A stretch of DNA of 64,000 nucleotides from a virus (taxonomy: Duplodnaviria > Caudoviricetes). The DNA is taken from positions 1 to 64,000 of the IMG/VR virus record IMGVR_UViG_3300033121_002140; one strand, given 5' to 3'. This document shows positions 62,019-64,000 of the stretch, in pieces. Below the pieces are notes generated by a model that was given only the letters and a program-made list of their open reading frames with translations, did not search any database and was not told the DNA's origin. The translations under genes were made by a program, and so were the position numbers. How positions within the stretch are numbered: position 1 is the stretch's first letter; every line of letters begins with the position of its first letter.

Positions 62019-62425
62019 AGGGGCTCCTTATACTCAAAAGGAGCTAGCATCGACACATGGCATGCATCTACTGCATCACCAACAAGACAAATGGAAAACG
62101 CTACGTGGGCAAAACGACAGGGTGTCCCGCAGAACGTTGGCGTGGGCACCCGGAGGCACAGCACGGCAGGCGCGGCATCGTTGTCCTGCAGCTTTCGTGC
62201 CAGGATGACGGCGGGCGAGCCGTCCTCGGCGCTGGAGGCATCTGACTGGGCACCCGGCAGCAGGCCTTCCTTGCCCAGGATGTCCACGAGCGACGCAGCG
62301 TCGTTCACGACGTGCCACAGCTCCACCATGGAGCCCGTGGGCACGAAGCGTGCCCATGTCGTTGGGTCTGTCGGATCGAGCGCCTCACTGAGAAAGGCCC
62401 TGACGAGGCAGCGCAGCTCGTACAT
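62015..62425 (-). CDS. truncated ART-like protein with LRCLVRAFLSE leader; C-terminus derived from antisense GIY-YIG relic
   Basis: LWHVV...LVDILGKEGLLP; CTATTTA 7 nt upstream; tail is antisense to 62057-62149. Confidence 0.55.
   Translation of the reverse strand: MYELRCLVRAFLSEALDPTDPTTWARFVPTGSMVELWHVVNDAASLVDILGKEGLLPGAQSDASSAEDGSPAVILARKLQDNDAAPAVLCLRVPTPTFCGTPCRFAHVAFSICLVGDAVDACHVSMLAPFEYKEPL
62023..62044. promoter_or_regulatory. 7-bp hairpin GCTCCTT-(8 nt)-AAGGAGC covering the glycosyltransferase RBS
   Basis: perfect inverted repeat; AAGGAG on both strands. Confidence 0.55.
62057..62149 (+). pseudogene. GIY-YIG endonuclease relic (first ~31 codons)
   Basis: MACIYCITNKTNGKRYVGKTTGCPAERWRGH closely matches the N-terminus at 54964, then homology stops. 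Confidence 0.8.
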
Positions 62426-62454
62426 GCAGGGATAAATAGCTCTCCGGGCGCGCG

Positions 62455-62841
62455 TCAGTCCAGATCCTGCAGCGCCTGCCGCATCGCGGTGACCACCGCT
62501 GAGTACAGCCCATCCTTCGCCTTCTGCGCAGGCGGGAGGTCGTCGTACCCCACCAGGCACGGATGCGTCTTCTTCTCGCCGTCCTTCACGGGACCGTGCG
62601 TCCAGCCGTCGCGCTGTTTCGCCGCCTTCCAGGCCTCGTACGCCGCCTTCCAGGCCTCGTACAGCTGCCTCGGGCTCGCGCCCTGCAGTGTCACTGCGAC
62701 GCTCTCGATCGAGGCCTCCCTCTGCCACTCAGGAGCCTGCTCCCAGTGTCCCTGGGAGGGATCACCCGTCATGTCGCAAAAGACCTTGTTGACCTCGTGC
62801 GCCGCGGCGGCGCACGCTTCCTTGACCTTGTCGCTCGTCAT
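62455..62841 (-). CDS. RyR-domain phage protein
   Basis: W...PEWQREAS, GWTHGPVKDGEKKTHPCLVGYDDLP..QKAKD. Confidence 0.9.
   Translation of the reverse strand: MTSDKVKEACAAAAHEVNKVFCDMTGDPSQGHWEQAPEWQREASIESVAVTLQGASPRQLYEAWKAAYEAWKAAKQRDGWTHGPVKDGEKKTHPCLVGYDDLPPAQKAKDGLYSAVVTAMRQALQDLD
62621..62662. repeat. perfect in-frame 21-nt tandem duplication (YEAWKAA x2)
   Basis: gccgccttccaggcctcgtac at 62621-62641 and 62642-62662. Confidence 0.95.
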
Positions 62842-62857
62842 CGTCCGTCTCCTCTTC

Positions 62858-63064
62858 TCAGTTCACTTCGCTCTCCAGCTTTCGGAGCCTGACCTGGAGG
62901 CGGCGCATGTCGATCGACAGCTCTAGGATCTCCTGGAGGTGGTCCTCCTGCCACACTTCCCTGGCCCGATGCCGTGCCATGATGGCGGCGTCGAGATCGT
63001 CCATCCCCTCCAGCACCTTCGTGATCGAGGGACGCAGGTGCTGCTCCTCGGGCGTGTAGCTCAC
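62858..63064 (-). CDS. hypothetical protein
   Basis: GTGA overlap; GGAG RBS. Confidence 0.6.
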   Translation of the reverse strand: MSYTPEEQHLRPSITKVLEGMDDLDAAIMARHRAREVWQEDHLQEILELSIDMRRLQVRLRKLESEVN

Positions 63065-64000
63065 AGGCTCAGCTCCTTTCCGAAATGCTCGATCGTCGAC
63101 CGCAGCCCATCCTCGAGCGTGATCTTCGGCTCCCAGCCCAGCATCGCCTGTGCCCTGTGGATCGAGGGTCGTCTCCTGCATGGGTCATCCACGGGCAGCG
63201 GCCTGCGCTCCACGTGGAGCGGCCAATCGCCCGTTGCCCGTGACCTCCCGACCATGGTCAGAATTGTCGACGCAAGGTCGTTGATGGTCACCTCATGCGG
63301 GTTTCCGAAGTTCATGGGTCGCCCGGCCCAGGGACCAGGCGCGGTGGTGCCCAGGGCGACCAGGCCACGCACCATGTCGTCCACATGGCACAGGCTGCGG
63401 GTCTGCAGGCCCGTGCCGTACACGGTCAGGCGCTCGCCTCGCAGTGCCTGCACGACGAAGTTGGAGACGACCCGGCCGTCATCAGGCCGCATCCTGGGCC
63501 CGTATGTGTTGAAGATCCGGGCCACCCGCACGTCCACGCCGTGACAACGCCGGTAGTCGTGACACAAGGCCTCGGCCGCGCGCTTGCCCTCGTCATAGCA
63601 TGCCCGGGGCCCGTACGGCTCCACGTTGCCTCTGTAGCTCTCCAGCTGCGGGTGCTCGAGAGGATCGCCGTAGACCTCGGAGGTGCTGGCCTGCACCATG
63701 ACGGCCCCGTTGAGCCGAGCCAGGTCGAGCGCGTTCTGCGAGCCCACCACACACGTCAGCAGGGTGCCCACCGGATCACGTTGGTACGCGGGCGGGCTCG
63801 CAGGACAGGCCAGGTTCCACACGTGCGTCAGGCCACCGCCCTTGACAGAGAGGAAGTGGGCCCCGTTCCAGCCCAGGTCCTTGGGCACGCGCACGTCACC
63901 TGCCATGAAGAAGAACCTGCCCGCGTGCGGACCCGGCTCCAGGTTCTTGGTCCGACCGGTCGACAGGTCGTCGATCACGAGCACGGAGTCACCCCGCGCC
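63061..64000 (-). CDS. UDP-glucuronate decarboxylase (UDP-xylose synthase)-like, 5' end off window
   Basis: IDDLSTG, LACPASP..YQ.DP, ASTSEVYGDP, YDEGKR, IFNTYGPRM..DDGRVVSNF, QTRS. Confidence 0.93.
   Translation of the reverse strand, partial: ARGDSVLVIDDLSTGRTKNLEPGPHAGRFFFMAGDVRVPKDLGWNGAHFLSVKGGGLTHVWNLACPASPPAYQRDPVGTLLTCVVGSQNALDLARLNGAVMVQASTSEVYGDPLEHPQLESYRGNVEPYGPRACYDEGKRAAEALCHDYRRCHGVDVRVARIFNTYGPRMRPDDGRVVSNFVVQALRGERLTVYGTGLQTRSLCHVDDMVRGLVALGTTAPGPWAGRPMNFGNPHEVTINDLASTILTMVGRSRATGDWPLHVERRPLPVDDPCRRRPSIHRAQAMLGWEPKITLEDGLRSTIEHFGKELSL

Noticed and set aside
1-64000. CRISPR array, IS/transposase, integrase, rRNA, canonical tRNAs
   Set aside because: No regularly spaced repeats, no transposase or recombinase motifs, and no cloverleaf with an anticodon arm recognised by eye. 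A tRNAscan run would be needed to exclude tRNAs fully.

Overview
This 64 kb window looks like part of a large, high-GC, lytic-type tailed phage genome, probably T4-like or jumbo. It is densely packed and mostly minus-strand. No capsid, terminase or integrase gene lies inside the window, so the phage call is inference. It rests on GroEL, an RpoD-like sigma factor, tmRNA, dUTPase, thymidine kinase, a 5'-3' exonuclease, an endolysin, homing endonucleases, a DsbA/GapR-like protein and fragments of T4 gp23. Myxobacterial-style Cys-rich lipoproteins suggest a myxobacterial (Polyangiaceae-like) host. The left half (0-27 kb) is dominated by about 25 small paralogous SH3/KOW-like ORFs behind leaderless sigma70-like promoters, plus GroEL and three DNA-repair enzymes (Fpg/Nei, AlkB, MBD4-like). 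The middle (27-50 kb) holds genes preceded by a recurring AT-rich 7-mer (MTASYTA, a candidate late promoter). Many of them start with an LRxxIRExxxE leader, including a nucleotidyltransferase/ligase cluster. The right end (50-64 kb) is a nucleotide-metabolism and DNA-hypermodification island. It encodes a thymidylate-synthase homolog with the cytosine-specifying Asn->Asp change, a dNMP kinase, a T4 beta-glucosyltransferase-like enzyme, a UDP-glucuronate decarboxylase and a UDP-sugar 4-epimerase. Together these predict pentosylated (xylosyl or arabinosyl) hydroxymethylcytosine. Many start codons were re-assigned by eye from RBS, overlap and promoter context. All family assignments come from motif recognition, not database searches.
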